DNA of 32,000 nucleotides from Candidatus Saccharimonadota bacterium (GCF_002243425.1 NZ_CP021172.1:150001-182000), one strand, 5' to 3'; shown: positions 20,083 through 29,479, counted from the stretch's first letter. Numbers and translations: made by a program. The notes: generated from the letters alone by a model not told the origin.

Positions 20083-20904
20083 TTAATTTTTATATTCTCC
20101 TATTACGTAAAAATAATTATTGATTTTATTTATTTCTTTTTTCATAAAAAAATAATTATTAATATTAAAAAATTTTATATCTATAAAAAATAGATATTCC
20201 CATGGTTTTTTTTTAATTGGAAAAGTTTGAATACTTGTAATATTTATATCATAATATGATATTATATTTAATAATTTAGATAATTCTCCTATTAGATTTT
20301 TTAATCTAAAATAGAAAGAAGCTTTCTCAAAAAGAGAAATTTTTTTATATTTATGATTATTCTTGATAATAAGAAACCTTGTAAAATTTTTATTAACAGT
20401 TTGTATATTTTTATCTACAATTTTTAAATTATACGCAGTAGCAGCCTCTGAAGAAGCTATAGCTCCTATATAATAATTTTTATTTTTAAATATAAAAGAA
20501 GCTGCTTCTGCTGTATCTACAGATTCAGATATTTTTATATTTCTATATTTAGATAGATAATTTTTACATTGTAATATAGCCATAGGATGAGATATAATTT
20601 TTTTTATATTTTTAATATTACTATTTTTTAGTATTAATAAATTATGATTAATAGGTAAATATATTTCTCTACTTATTTTAAGATTATATAATTTTATTAA
20701 AAAAAAATTATATATTAACACACCTGCAATAGAATTTTCTATTGCTAGAACTCCTAGATCTGCTGTAAATTTTGATACAAAATGTGTTAATTCATTAAAT
20801 GTTTTACATTCGATAATATCATAATCGATTTTAGAGAAAAGTTTTTTAGTAGCAATTTCATGAAAACAACCTTTTCTACCTTGAATAGCAATTTTTTTTT
20901 TCAT
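20083..20904 (-). CDS. pheA: Prephenate dehydratase
   Basis: 273 aa. PDT domain (IAIQGRKGCFHEIA..., NFTRFLII) followed by an ACT-like C-terminal region. It is adjacent to aroG/CM. Confidence 0.85.
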   Translation of the reverse strand: MKKKIAIQGRKGCFHEIATKKLFSKIDYDIIECKTFNELTHFVSKFTADLGVLAIENSIAGVLIYNFFLIKLYNLKISREIYLPINHNLLILKNSNIKNIKKIISHPMAILQCKNYLSKYRNIKISESVDTAEAASFIFKNKNYYIGAIASSEAATAYNLKIVDKNIQTVNKNFTRFLIIKNNHKYKKISLFEKASFYFRLKNLIGELSKLLNIISYYDINITSIQTFPIKKKPWEYLFFIDIKFFNINNYFFMKKEINKINNYFYVIGEYKN

Positions 20905-20920
20905 AAAAATGTTTTACATT

Positions 20921-21910
20921 TTAAACAAAATTATTATGAATTAAATATTCTAATATTTGAACTGCATTTGTTGCAGATCCTTTACGTAAATTATCAGAAA
21001 CTATCCACATGTTTATAGATTTTGTTTTAGACATATCTCTTCTAATCCTTCCAACAAATACATTATCGTTTCCTTCACAAAGAATAGGCATAGGATATAT
21101 ATTATTTTTAATATTATCCATTAATATTAATCCATTTGTATTTGATAAAATCTTACGTAAATCATTTATCTCAAAATCATTTTTGAATGTTAAATTAACA
21201 CTTTCAGAATGACCACCTACTACAGGAATACGTACAGTCGTAGCGGTAATTCTTAGATTTTTATCATTAAAAATTTTTTTTGTTTCATTTATTAATTTTA
21301 ATTCTTCTTTAGAATAACCAGAAAAATCAAAGATATCACAATGAGGAATAGCATTTTGATTTATTTGAAAATTATAATTTTTTTTAAAATTTAAAAAATT
21401 TTCCTCATTTATTAGTTGATCTAATCCTTTTTTTCCTGATCCTGTAACCGATTGATAAGTAGATATTACTATACGTTTTATTTTATATTTTTTATGTAAT
21501 GGGTGTAAAACCATAACTAATTGTATTGTAGAACAATTAGGATTTGCAATTATCTTATCTTTTTTTTTAATAATATTTCCATTTATTTCAGGTACTATAA
21601 GTTTTTTATATTTATCCATACGCCAGGCATAGGAATTATCTATTAATATAGTTCCTCTATTTGTAAATTTTATAGCCCATTTTTTTGAAATTTCTGCACC
21701 AGCAGAAAAAATAGCTATATCAGGTTTTAAAGAAATTACTTCTTCTATACTTAGAATTTTATATTTTTTTTTTCTAAAAAAAATATTTTTTCCAATTGAT
21801 TTATTAGAAGCTACAGGGTATAATTTATTTATATAAATATTTCTTTCTTCTAAAATATTTAAAATAACACGTCCTACCATTCCTGTTACTCCTACTATAG
21901 CTAAATTCAT
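20921..21910 (-). CDS. asd: Aspartate-semialdehyde dehydrogenase
   Basis: 329 aa. NAD(P)-binding IVGVTGMVGR, active-site Cys in IANPNCSTIQ, and the C-terminal SDNLRKGSATNAVQI. Confidence 0.9.
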   Translation of the reverse strand: MNLAIVGVTGMVGRVILNILEERNIYINKLYPVASNKSIGKNIFFRKKKYKILSIEEVISLKPDIAIFSAGAEISKKWAIKFTNRGTILIDNSYAWRMDKYKKLIVPEINGNIIKKKDKIIANPNCSTIQLVMVLHPLHKKYKIKRIVISTYQSVTGSGKKGLDQLINEENFLNFKKNYNFQINQNAIPHCDIFDFSGYSKEELKLINETKKIFNDKNLRITATTVRIPVVGGHSESVNLTFKNDFEINDLRKILSNTNGLILMDNIKNNIYPMPILCEGNDNVFVGRIRRDMSKTKSINMWIVSDNLRKGSATNAVQILEYLIHNNFV

Positions 21911-21970
21911 ATTTTTTCTAATTATAGAGATAATAACTTTGAAATTGAAAAAGTATAACTTAAAATTTAA

Positions 21971-22216
21971 CTAGTTAATTAATTTTACTAATTTACTTTT
22001 AATTCTATTAGATTTCTTTTTATGAATAATTTTTTTTTTTGCTAATTTATCTATCATAGATAATATCTTAGGAAAAGCATTTAAAACTTTTTTTTTTTTA
22101 TATTCTAATTTTAATTTCTTTATTGCTGTTTTAGTAGATTTTAAAAACAATTTATTTTGTAATCTTTTTAAATTGTTTTTACGTATTTGTTTTAAGGCGG
22201 ATTTAGTATTTGCCAT
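21971..22216 (-). CDS. rpsT: 30S ribosomal protein S20
   Basis: 81 aa, very basic. MANTKSALKQIRKN... is the S20 N-terminal signature. Confidence 0.85.
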   Translation of the reverse strand: MANTKSALKQIRKNNLKRLQNKLFLKSTKTAIKKLKLEYKKKKVLNAFPKILSMIDKLAKKKIIHKKKSNRIKSKLVKLIN

Positions 22217-22233
22217 ATTAATTTATCATTAAG

Positions 22234-22305
22234 TAGCCCATAGGGGAATCGAACCCCTCTTTTCAGAATGAAAATCTGATGTCCTTACCAATAGACGAAA
22301 AGGCC
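22234..22305 (-). tRNA. tRNA-Glu (anticodon UUC)
   Basis: The minus strand reads GGCCTTT-TC-GTCTATTGGTAAGGAC-A-TCAGA-TTTTCAT-TCTGA-AAAG-AGGGG-TTCGATT-CCCCT-ATGGGCT-A. This aligns closely with E. coli tRNA-Glu (GUCCCCUUCGUCUAG...GGGGUUCGAAUCCCCU). There is one T-T mismatch in the acceptor stem, and no CCA is encoded. Confidence 0.85.
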
Positions 22306-22317
22306 AAGCCATAATTA

Positions 22318-23559
22318 TTATATTTTGTTTTTTTTAAAAAAAAAACCTAGAGATTTTAAATCAACCCAAAAATTAGGATAAGATTTAGATACTACATTAT
22401 AATTTAATATTGAGATAGGATATATAATCCCTAATGTAGAAAATGACATTGCCATCCTATGATCATCATAAGTAGAAATATAAATTTCTTTTTTTTTCAT
22501 TTCATTAAAATGAAGTAATTCTATACTAGAATTAGTTATAATACTTTTTACCCCTAATTTAGATAATTCATTTTTTAATGCATTTAATCTATCGGTTTCT
22601 TTAATTTTTAGAGTTTCTAATCCTCTTAAAACACATTTAATTTTTAATCCAGTACAAGTTACTACTATAGTTTGTGCTATATCTGGAGTTGAATTCAAAT
22701 CAATATCTATTGAATTCAAATCAATATCTATTAATTTTTTTAAATGAATTTCATTATTCTTAAATAAAGTTTTTACATTAAAAAAATGTTTATATATATT
22801 TGATATGATACTATCACCTTGAATATTTTTTTTATTAAAAAATTTTAAATTTAAATCAGCTGTTTTAGAAAGAGCTACTAAAGAATAATAATATGAAGCT
22901 GAACTCCAATCAGATTCTATTATTATTTTAATTTTTTTTTTAAATTTTATGTTTTTAATATAAATCATATTTTTATTCCACAATACATTTATTCCTAGTT
23001 TTTTTAAAACTTTCAATGTCATCTTAATATAAGAGATAGAAGTAATTTTATTTGATAAATATATTTTTAATCCATTTTCAAATTTTGATGCTATTAACAT
23101 AAGAGCACTTATATATTGACTACTTATATTTGCATCTATATTAATTTCCCCCCCTAATAATTTTTTACCTATTATTCTCAATGGAGGATATCCATTTTTT
23201 TTTTCATAAAAAATATTTCCTCCTAATTTTTTTATAGTTTCTACTAAAATAGAAATAGGTCTTTCTTGCATTCTATATGATCCAGTTAATATAACTTCTC
23301 TATTTTCTTTTATAGAAAAAAATGCTGTTAAAAATCGCATAGCAGTTCCAGAATGTTTTATGTTAATTAACTTTTTTTTAGAAAATAAAGCTTTTTTTAA
23401 GATAAAAGTATCGTCAGAATTTGAAATATTTTCTAACTCAATTATATCAGGATATAATGCTTTTAATATCAAAAATCTATTTGATTCACTTTTAGATCCA
23501 GTAATATTAACATTACCATTTATATCAAAATTATTTTTATATATTTTAATATAATACAT
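22318..23559 (-). CDS. aroA: 3-phosphoshikimate 1-carboxyvinyltransferase (EPSP synthase)
   Basis: 413 aa. Motifs KSESNR, SGTAMRFL, RMQERPI, KIKETDRL and DDHRMAMSF are present. It contains a 21-bp in-frame tandem duplication (see the repeat feature). Confidence 0.9.
   Translation of the reverse strand: MYYIKIYKNNFDINGNVNITGSKSESNRFLILKALYPDIIELENISNSDDTFILKKALFSKKKLINIKHSGTAMRFLTAFFSIKENREVILTGSYRMQERPISILVETIKKLGGNIFYEKKNGYPPLRIIGKKLLGGEINIDANISSQYISALMLIASKFENGLKIYLSNKITSISYIKMTLKVLKKLGINVLWNKNMIYIKNIKFKKKIKIIIESDWSSASYYYSLVALSKTADLNLKFFNKKNIQGDSIISNIYKHFFNVKTLFKNNEIHLKKLIDIDLNSIDIDLNSTPDIAQTIVVTCTGLKIKCVLRGLETLKIKETDRLNALKNELSKLGVKSIITNSSIELLHFNEMKKKEIYISTYDDHRMAMSFSTLGIIYPISILNYNVVSKSYPNFWVDLKSLGFFFKKNKI
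22690..22731. repeat. Perfect 21-bp x2 tandem duplication inside aroA (encodes IDIDLNS twice)
   Basis: tgaattcaaatcaatatctat occurs at 22690-22710 and again at 22711-22731. The protein reads ...LIDIDLNSIDIDLNSTPDIAQT.... Confidence 0.95.
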
Positions 23560-23570
23560 ATATAATTGAA

Positions 23571-23921
23571 TTAAATATTATGTAATATAATTTTTTTTTC
23601 TTTCCAAGCTTTTAATTTTTGCTCTATCTCTGATTTAGAAATATTTACTTTTTTTACTCCAGATAAAAGATATTTTTTATAATAAATTCCCTCTTTTAAA
23701 AAAAAAGATTTTACAGTACATGTAGGTTGTGCTCCTTTAATTAACCAATTAACTGCTTTATCAACATTAATTGATATAGTATATGGATTAGTGTTAGGAT
23801 TATAAAAACCAATTTTTTCTAGAAATTTTCCATTTCTAGGAGAACAAGAGTTAGAAACTACAATAGTATAAAAAGCTTTTTTTTTTCTACCTTTTCTTTG
23901 TAGCCGAATTTTTATTGACAT
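23571..23921 (-). CDS. rpsP: 30S ribosomal protein S16
   Basis: MSIKIRLQRKGRKKKAFYTIVV... is the S16 signature. I place the start at ATG 23921, because the track's 27-codon extension to 24002 runs through tRNA-Gln. Confidence 0.9.
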   Translation of the reverse strand: MSIKIRLQRKGRKKKAFYTIVVSNSCSPRNGKFLEKIGFYNPNTNPYTISINVDKAVNWLIKGAQPTCTVKSFFLKEGIYYKKYLLSGVKKVNISKSEIEQKLKAWKEKKIILHNI

Positions 23922-23945
23922 ATTTTTAAAAAAAAATTGATTTTG

Positions 23946-24016
23946 CAGACCCGTAGGGATTTGAACCCCAACTAACAGAACCAAAATCTGCTGTGCTACC
24001 ATTACACAACGAGTCT
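23946..24016 (-). tRNA. tRNA-Gln (anticodon UUG)
   Basis: The minus strand reads AGACTCG-TT-GTGTAATGGTAGCAC-A-GCAGA-TTTTGGT-TCTGT-TAGT-TGGGG-TTCAAAT-CCCTA-CGGGTCT-G. No CCA is encoded. Confidence 0.85.
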
Positions 24017-24028
24017 TACTTTGAATAA

Positions 24029-26002
24029 TTAATTATCTATCTTAGCAAAAAGAGCATTTGTTTCTATAAATTGTTTTCTAGGTAAAACATTTTCTCCCAT
24101 AAGCATAGAAAATATTTTATTGGCAATATTTATATTATGAATAGTTACTTTACGTAAAGTTCTCCTTATAGGATTCATAGTTGTTTCCCATAATTGTTCA
24201 GCATTCATTTCTCCTAACCCTTTATAACGTTGAATACTTATTCCTTTTAGGAAAGAATTTAATTTTAAAATTTTTTCTCTCTCTTTAGAAGTCCAGGCAT
24301 AAATTTTTTTTTTATAATTTTTTATTAAAAATAAAGGAGGTGTTGCTATATATATATATCCTTTTTCGATTAAAATTCTCATATATCTAAAGAAAAAAGT
24401 TAATACTAATGTAGATATATGGCTTCCATCTATATCAGCATCTGTCATAATTATTATTTTTTTATAACGTATTTTATTAATATTCAATTTTATTATATTT
24501 TTTTTTTTAAAAAAAAACACACCTAAAGCTAAAAAAATATTTTTTATTTCCTCATTTTCAAAAATTTTATTTTTAATTGATTTTTCAACATTTAAAATTT
24601 TACCCCTTAATGGCAATACAGCTTGAAATTTTCGTTCTCTTCCCTGTTTAGCTGTTCCACCTGCAGAATCACCTTCTACTAAATATAATTCACATAAATT
24701 AGGGTTTTTAGAAGAACAATCTGCTAATTTGATAGGTAAATTCTTTTTTTTTGAAGTTTTAATTAATTCACGAACCCTCTTATAAGCTTGACATGCTTTT
24801 GCAGATAAAAATACTTTATTTAAAATCTTTTTTAGATATAAAGGATTTTTTTCAAGAAAAGAATTAAATTTTGTTTTTACAATCTTTTCAACTAAACCAA
24901 TTATTTCATAATTTACAAGTTTGTTCTTAGTTTGTCCCTCAAATTTAGGATTAATAATTTTTATTGTTAATATTGCTGTAAGACCTTCTATAAAATATCC
25001 CCCCGAAATTTTTAATTTTTTAAACCTTCTATTTTTAGAAAAATATTTTTTAAAAGTTTTTGTTAATGCTTTTTTAAATCCAGATATATGAGTTCCTCCT
25101 TCAGAAGTCTTAATATTATTAACGTAAGAAAAAATTTTTTCTTTATAAGAAGAATTATATCTCATTACTAATTCTAAATTTAGTTTTTTTTTCTTTTTTT
25201 TTAGATAAAAAAAATCTTTTATTCTAGATTTTTTAGATTTATAATTTTCTATTATAGATTCTTTATTTTTTTCTATAAACATTAGAAATTCTTTTATACC
25301 TTTTTTTGAAAAAAAATGATTTTTTTTAAAAAATCCAGTTTTATAAATTTTTCTTTCATCTAATAAAGAAATTGATAATCCTTTATTAAGAAATGATAAT
25401 TCTCTTAATTTATTTTTTAAAATAGAATAATTATATGAAATGTTTTTAAATATCAATTTATCTGCTTTAAAAGTTATTTGAGTACCTCTTTGATTTTTAC
25501 TATCACCAATAATTTCTAGTTTAGAAATTGGTATTCCTCTCGAATATTTTTGTACATATATTTTTCCATTACGAAAAATCTTAGCAATAAGTTTACTTGA
25601 TAATGCATTTACGCAAGAAATTCCTACACCATGTAGACCTCCAGAAAATTTATAAGAATTATTATCAAATTTTCCTCCTGCTCCTATTTTAGTCATTACT
25701 AATTCAAGAGCTGATATTCCTTCTTTTTCATGTAATTCTACTGGAATTCCTCTTCCATTATCTAAAACAGTAATTGAGTTATCTTTATGTATTGTTACAT
25801 AGATTTTATCACAAAAACCAGATAAGGATTCATCTATTGAATTATTTATTACCTCATAAACCATATGATGTAATCCTTTAATTCCAATATCTCCAATATA
25901 CATTGATGGTCTTAATCTTACATGCTCAATTCCATCTAAAAATTTTATATTTTTAGAAGTATAATTCTCATTACTTTTTTTAATAGAATTATGTTTTTTC
26001 AT
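24029..26002 (-). CDS. gyrB: DNA gyrase subunit B
   Basis: 657 aa. GHKL ATPase motifs (HHMVYEVINNSIDE, GGLHGVG), the Toprim motifs EGDSAGG and MTDADIDGSHI, and PLRGKILNVE. Confidence 0.95.
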   Translation of the reverse strand: MKKHNSIKKSNENYTSKNIKFLDGIEHVRLRPSMYIGDIGIKGLHHMVYEVINNSIDESLSGFCDKIYVTIHKDNSITVLDNGRGIPVELHEKEGISALELVMTKIGAGGKFDNNSYKFSGGLHGVGISCVNALSSKLIAKIFRNGKIYVQKYSRGIPISKLEIIGDSKNQRGTQITFKADKLIFKNISYNYSILKNKLRELSFLNKGLSISLLDERKIYKTGFFKKNHFFSKKGIKEFLMFIEKNKESIIENYKSKKSRIKDFFYLKKKKKKLNLELVMRYNSSYKEKIFSYVNNIKTSEGGTHISGFKKALTKTFKKYFSKNRRFKKLKISGGYFIEGLTAILTIKIINPKFEGQTKNKLVNYEIIGLVEKIVKTKFNSFLEKNPLYLKKILNKVFLSAKACQAYKRVRELIKTSKKKNLPIKLADCSSKNPNLCELYLVEGDSAGGTAKQGRERKFQAVLPLRGKILNVEKSIKNKIFENEEIKNIFLALGVFFFKKKNIIKLNINKIRYKKIIIMTDADIDGSHISTLVLTFFFRYMRILIEKGYIYIATPPLFLIKNYKKKIYAWTSKEREKILKLNSFLKGISIQRYKGLGEMNAEQLWETTMNPIRRTLRKVTIHNINIANKIFSMLMGENVLPRKQFIETNALFAKIDN

Positions 26003-26016
26003 ATAATTTTTTTCTA

Positions 26017-26637
26017 TTAAATAATAGGAATATAAATAATTTTTTTTTTAAAAAAAAATTTTTCTTTAAAAATATTATATAGATTATAATCTATATATAG
26101 ATACTGATTATTCTTTTCATTTTCAAACTCCCCCCCTTTTAGATATAAAATACCATTATTAATTTGATTTTTAAATAAAAAATTTTTTTTAACTAATCTA
26201 ATAAAATTTGGCAATTTTGTAACTGCTCTTCCTATAATAAAATTACATTTCTTATGGAAATTTTCTATTCGTGTACATTTTACAGACACATTTTTTAAAT
26301 GTAATTCTTTAATTATTAAATTAATTATTTTAATTTTTTTCTCTATTGAATCAATTAATATAAATTTTGTTTTATTAAACAATAAAGCTAAAGGAATTCC
26401 AGGAAATCCACCTCCAGTACCAACATCAATAATAATTGATTTATTTAAAAAATAACAAATTTTATAAACACATAAAGAATGTAAAATATGTCTTTCATAA
26501 AAAAAATTTAAACTATTATTAGAAATAATATTTATTTTTTTATTAAAAAATTTATGAATTTTATATAATTTAATAAATTTTTTTATTATAGATTTATCTA
26601 ATTCAGGAAAATATTTATTAAATATTCTTTCTTTCAA
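26017..26637 (-). CDS. rsmG: 16S rRNA (guanine527-N7)-methyltransferase RsmG (GidB)
   Basis: 206 aa. SAM-binding IIDVGTGGGFPGIPLALLF and overall GidB length and organisation. Confidence 0.85.
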   Translation of the reverse strand: MKERIFNKYFPELDKSIIKKFIKLYKIHKFFNKKINIISNNSLNFFYERHILHSLCVYKICYFLNKSIIIDVGTGGGFPGIPLALLFNKTKFILIDSIEKKIKIINLIIKELHLKNVSVKCTRIENFHKKCNFIIGRAVTKLPNFIRLVKKNFLFKNQINNGILYLKGGEFENEKNNQYLYIDYNLYNIFKEKFFFKKKIIYIPII

Positions 26638-26681
26638 AGAAAATTAAATTATATTGCAATATATATTAAATAAATAAAATT

Positions 26682-27863
26682 ATGTTATCAGATAGGATTC
26701 TTAATATGGGATATTCTAAAACATTAGAAATGACTTCTAAAGCAAGAAAATTAAAAGAATTAGGATATAATGTAATAAATTTAAGTGTAGGGGAACCTAA
26801 TTTTTATCCTCCATCTTTTATTTTAGATGCAGCTAAAAAAGCTATAGATGAAGGATATCATTATTATACTCCTATATCAGGAATTTTAGATCTTAAAAAA
26901 AAAATATGTAATAAATTTAAACGTGATAATAATCTTAATTATAATATCTCACAAATAGTCATAAGTAATGGAGTGAAACAATCAATTATAAATTTATTTT
27001 TATCATTATTAAATAAAAATGATGAAGTTATAATACCTTCTCCTTATTGGGTAAGTTATTATGAAATGGTAAAATTTTGTCAAGCTAAACCTATTATTAT
27101 ACCAACTACAATAGAATATGATTTTAAAATTACTTCTAAACAATTAGAAACTGTAATTAGTTCTAAAACTAAAATATTTATATTTAATTCTCCATGTAAT
27201 CCTACAGGAAGTGTTTACTCTAAAAAAGAATTAAAAAATATAGTAAATATATTATCTAAATATTCTAAGATTATTATTATTTCTGATGAAATATATGAGT
27301 ATATCATTTATGATAAAAAACATATAAGTATTGCTTCTTTTCCTGAAATTTATAATCAAACAGTTACATTAAATGGTCTTTCTAAATCATTCGCTATGAC
27401 CGGCTGGAGAGTCGGATATATGGGAGCTCCAGAGTGGATAGCTAAAGCTTGTGATAAAATACAAGGTCAAACCACATCATGTGTAAATACTATAGCACAA
27501 CGTGCTTCTATTATAGCATTAACATATAATCCTAAATTATTATTAAGTAATCTTATATCTGAATTTAAATTTCGAAGAGATTTAGTAATCAATATTATAA
27601 ATAATATTCCTCAATTTAAATTTAAAATTCCAGAAGGAGCTTTTTATATCTTTCTAGATATTTCTCCTTTATTAGAAGATAAAAAATATAATTCATATAT
27701 TAAATCATCAAATGATTTTGCAATGTATTTACTTAATAAATGTCATATAGCTACAGTTTCAGGAGAGTCTTTTGGGTATAAAAATGGCCTTAGGATATCA
27801 TATGCTAATTCTAAAGAGAATCTTATTGAAGCTTTTAATAGAATTAAAAAATTATTAAAATAA
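26682..27863 (+). CDS. aspC: PLP-dependent aminotransferase, class I (aspartate/aromatic aminotransferase family)
   Basis: 393 aa. It has NLSVGEP, NSPCNPTG, and the PLP-lysine motif LSKSFAMTGWRVGY. Substrate specificity cannot be read from the sequence. Confidence 0.8.
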   Translation: MLSDRILNMGYSKTLEMTSKARKLKELGYNVINLSVGEPNFYPPSFILDAAKKAIDEGYHYYTPISGILDLKKKICNKFKRDNNLNYNISQIVISNGVKQSIINLFLSLLNKNDEVIIPSPYWVSYYEMVKFCQAKPIIIPTTIEYDFKITSKQLETVISSKTKIFIFNSPCNPTGSVYSKKELKNIVNILSKYSKIIIISDEIYEYIIYDKKHISIASFPEIYNQTVTLNGLSKSFAMTGWRVGYMGAPEWIAKACDKIQGQTTSCVNTIAQRASIIALTYNPKLLLSNLISEFKFRRDLVINIINNIPQFKFKIPEGAFYIFLDISPLLEDKKYNSYIKSSNDFAMYLLNKCHIATVSGESFGYKNGLRISYANSKENLIEAFNRIKKLLK

Positions 27864-27907
27864 TATATATATTAAGTAAGTAAGAATAATTTTTTAATTC
27901 TATTAAA

Positions 27908-28183
27908 ATGGCACACCCTAAAAGGAAACAATCTAAATCTAGAAAGAAGAAAAGAAGAACTTATTACACTATTTATAGTCCAAAATTAGGAATAGATATA
28001 AAAACTAAACAGTTCCATCTCTATCATAGAGCACATTGGTATGAAAAAAATTTATTTTATAAAGGCAAATTATTATTTAATAAAAATAAATACATTTTTT
28101 TTTTAAGTAAATCATTAATTATAAATTATAAATATTTTAATTTATTTAAATATTTATTAATAAATAAATATGATTTTTTTTAA
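27908..28183 (+). CDS. rpmF: 50S ribosomal protein L32 with a ~30-aa non-conserved C-terminal extension
   Basis: MAHPKRKQSKSRKKKRR...HLYHRAHWYEKNLFYKGK matches flavobacterial L32, which is about 60-65 aa from memory. This ORF is 91 aa, and its tail YIFFLSKSLIINYKYFNLFKYLLINKYDFF is low-complexity. Confidence 0.8.
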   Translation: MAHPKRKQSKSRKKKRRTYYTIYSPKLGIDIKTKQFHLYHRAHWYEKNLFYKGKLLFNKNKYIFFLSKSLIINYKYFNLFKYLLINKYDFF

Positions 28184-29157
28184 ATATATAACATTTTTTT
28201 TATATATAAAATAATATCATTTTTATTAGGATACCAATTTTTTATTAAATTATTAGCATAAGGTGCAGGGGTATCTTGTACTGTTATTCTTTTAATTGGA
28301 GCATCTAAATAATCAAAAGCTTCTTGTTGAATAACATAAGCTATTTCAGAAGAAATAGCAGCAAATGGCCAAGATTCTTCTAATAAAAGTAATCTATTGG
28401 TTTTTTTTATAGAATTAATAATAGTATTATAATCTAACGGACGTATAGTCCGTAAATCTAGAATTTCTACACTTATATTTGTTTTTTCAAGTTCTAAAGC
28501 AACCTCTAAAGCTATTTTTATTATTTTACCAAAAGTAACGATTGTTACATCATTGCCTTTTTTTGTTACATTAGCTACCCCTAATGGTATAGTATATTCT
28601 TCAATTGGAATAATCATTTTATCTCCATACATTTGTTCAGATTCCATAAAAATGACTACATCATTATCACGTATTGATGATTTTAAAAGACCTTTGGCAT
28701 CATAAGGATTAGAAGGAATAACTACTTTTAAACCTGGACAATTAGCATACCAACTTTCAAAAGATTGAGAATGTGTAGAACCTAATTGTCCGGCAAAACC
28801 TGTTGGTCCTCTAAAAACTATCGGAAGATTCCATTGTCCTCCACTCATTTGCCTTATTTTAGCAGCATTATTAATTATTTGATCCATAGCTACTAATGAA
28901 AAATTAAAAGTCATAAATTCAATAATAGGACGACACCCATTCAGAGCTGATCCAATCCCTATACCAGAAAATCCTAATTCAGATATTGGAGTATCAATGA
29001 TTCTTTTGGAACCAAATTCTTTTAGCATTCCTTTAGAGGCTTTATATGCTCCATTATATTCTGCTACTTCTTCTCCCATTAGATATATGGTTTCATCTAT
29101 TCTCATTTCTTCACTCATAGCAGCAGCTATAACTTCTCTAAAAGTCATTTCTTTCAT
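28180..29157 (-). CDS. pdhB: Pyruvate (2-oxoacid) dehydrogenase E1 component, beta subunit
   Basis: 325 aa. MTFREVIAAAMSEEM..., EEVAEYNGAYKASKG, IDTPISE, and the C-terminal transketolase-like domain. Confidence 0.9.
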   Translation of the reverse strand: MKEMTFREVIAAAMSEEMRIDETIYLMGEEVAEYNGAYKASKGMLKEFGSKRIIDTPISELGFSGIGIGSALNGCRPIIEFMTFNFSLVAMDQIINNAAKIRQMSGGQWNLPIVFRGPTGFAGQLGSTHSQSFESWYANCPGLKVVIPSNPYDAKGLLKSSIRDNDVVIFMESEQMYGDKMIIPIEEYTIPLGVANVTKKGNDVTIVTFGKIIKIALEVALELEKTNISVEILDLRTIRPLDYNTIINSIKKTNRLLLLEESWPFAAISSEIAYVIQQEAFDYLDAPIKRITVQDTPAPYANNLIKNWYPNKNDIILYIKKMLYI

Positions 29158-29264
29158 AAAAGAAAAATTTGGTTTTTTTTAAAAAAAAAACTATTTAAAA
29201 AAAAAACTATATTTTATTTATAGTATAATTAATCTTTAAAATATTGATTGTTAAGAGATTTGAA

Positions 29265-29420
29265 ATAAGATTTATATTTAGATTATTATTTTTATTATTT
29301 AGATTTAAATTATTATTTATATTATTTATATTTAAATTATTATTTAGATTATTTAGATTTCTATTTAGATTTCTATTTAGATTTATATTTAGATTTATAT
29401 TTAGATTTATATTTAAATTA
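29265..29420. repeat. Degenerate A/T-rich tandem-repeat block; the core is five 12-bp units at 29352-29411
   Basis: The core reads tttagatttcta x2 (29352-29375) then tttagatttata x3 (29376-29411). It is flanked on the left by related degenerate units (tttaga at 29277, 29298, 29343). It lies in the 322-bp rpoD-pdhB spacer. Confidence 0.9.
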
Positions 29421-29479
29421 ACGAAATATATTTTATATAAATTATTTTTAAAATAACCAAGAAGTAATACAATCATATA

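Noticed and set aside
23922-24002. An N-terminal extension of the rpsP ORF (MVAQQILVLLVGVQIPTGLQNQFFFKN...).
   Set aside because: The extension runs through the tRNA-Gln gene (23946-24016). The canonical S16 N-terminus, MSIKIRLQRKG, begins at ATG 23921.
29244-29456. A 70-aa plus-strand ORF (…FRFLFRFLFRFIFRFIFRF…) in the rpoD-pdhB spacer.
   Set aside because: It is an artefact of the 12-bp (multiple-of-3) repeat periodicity. It is antisense to the local transcription direction and purely low-complexity. The minus-strand counterpart is discussed as a low-probability candidate in the findings.
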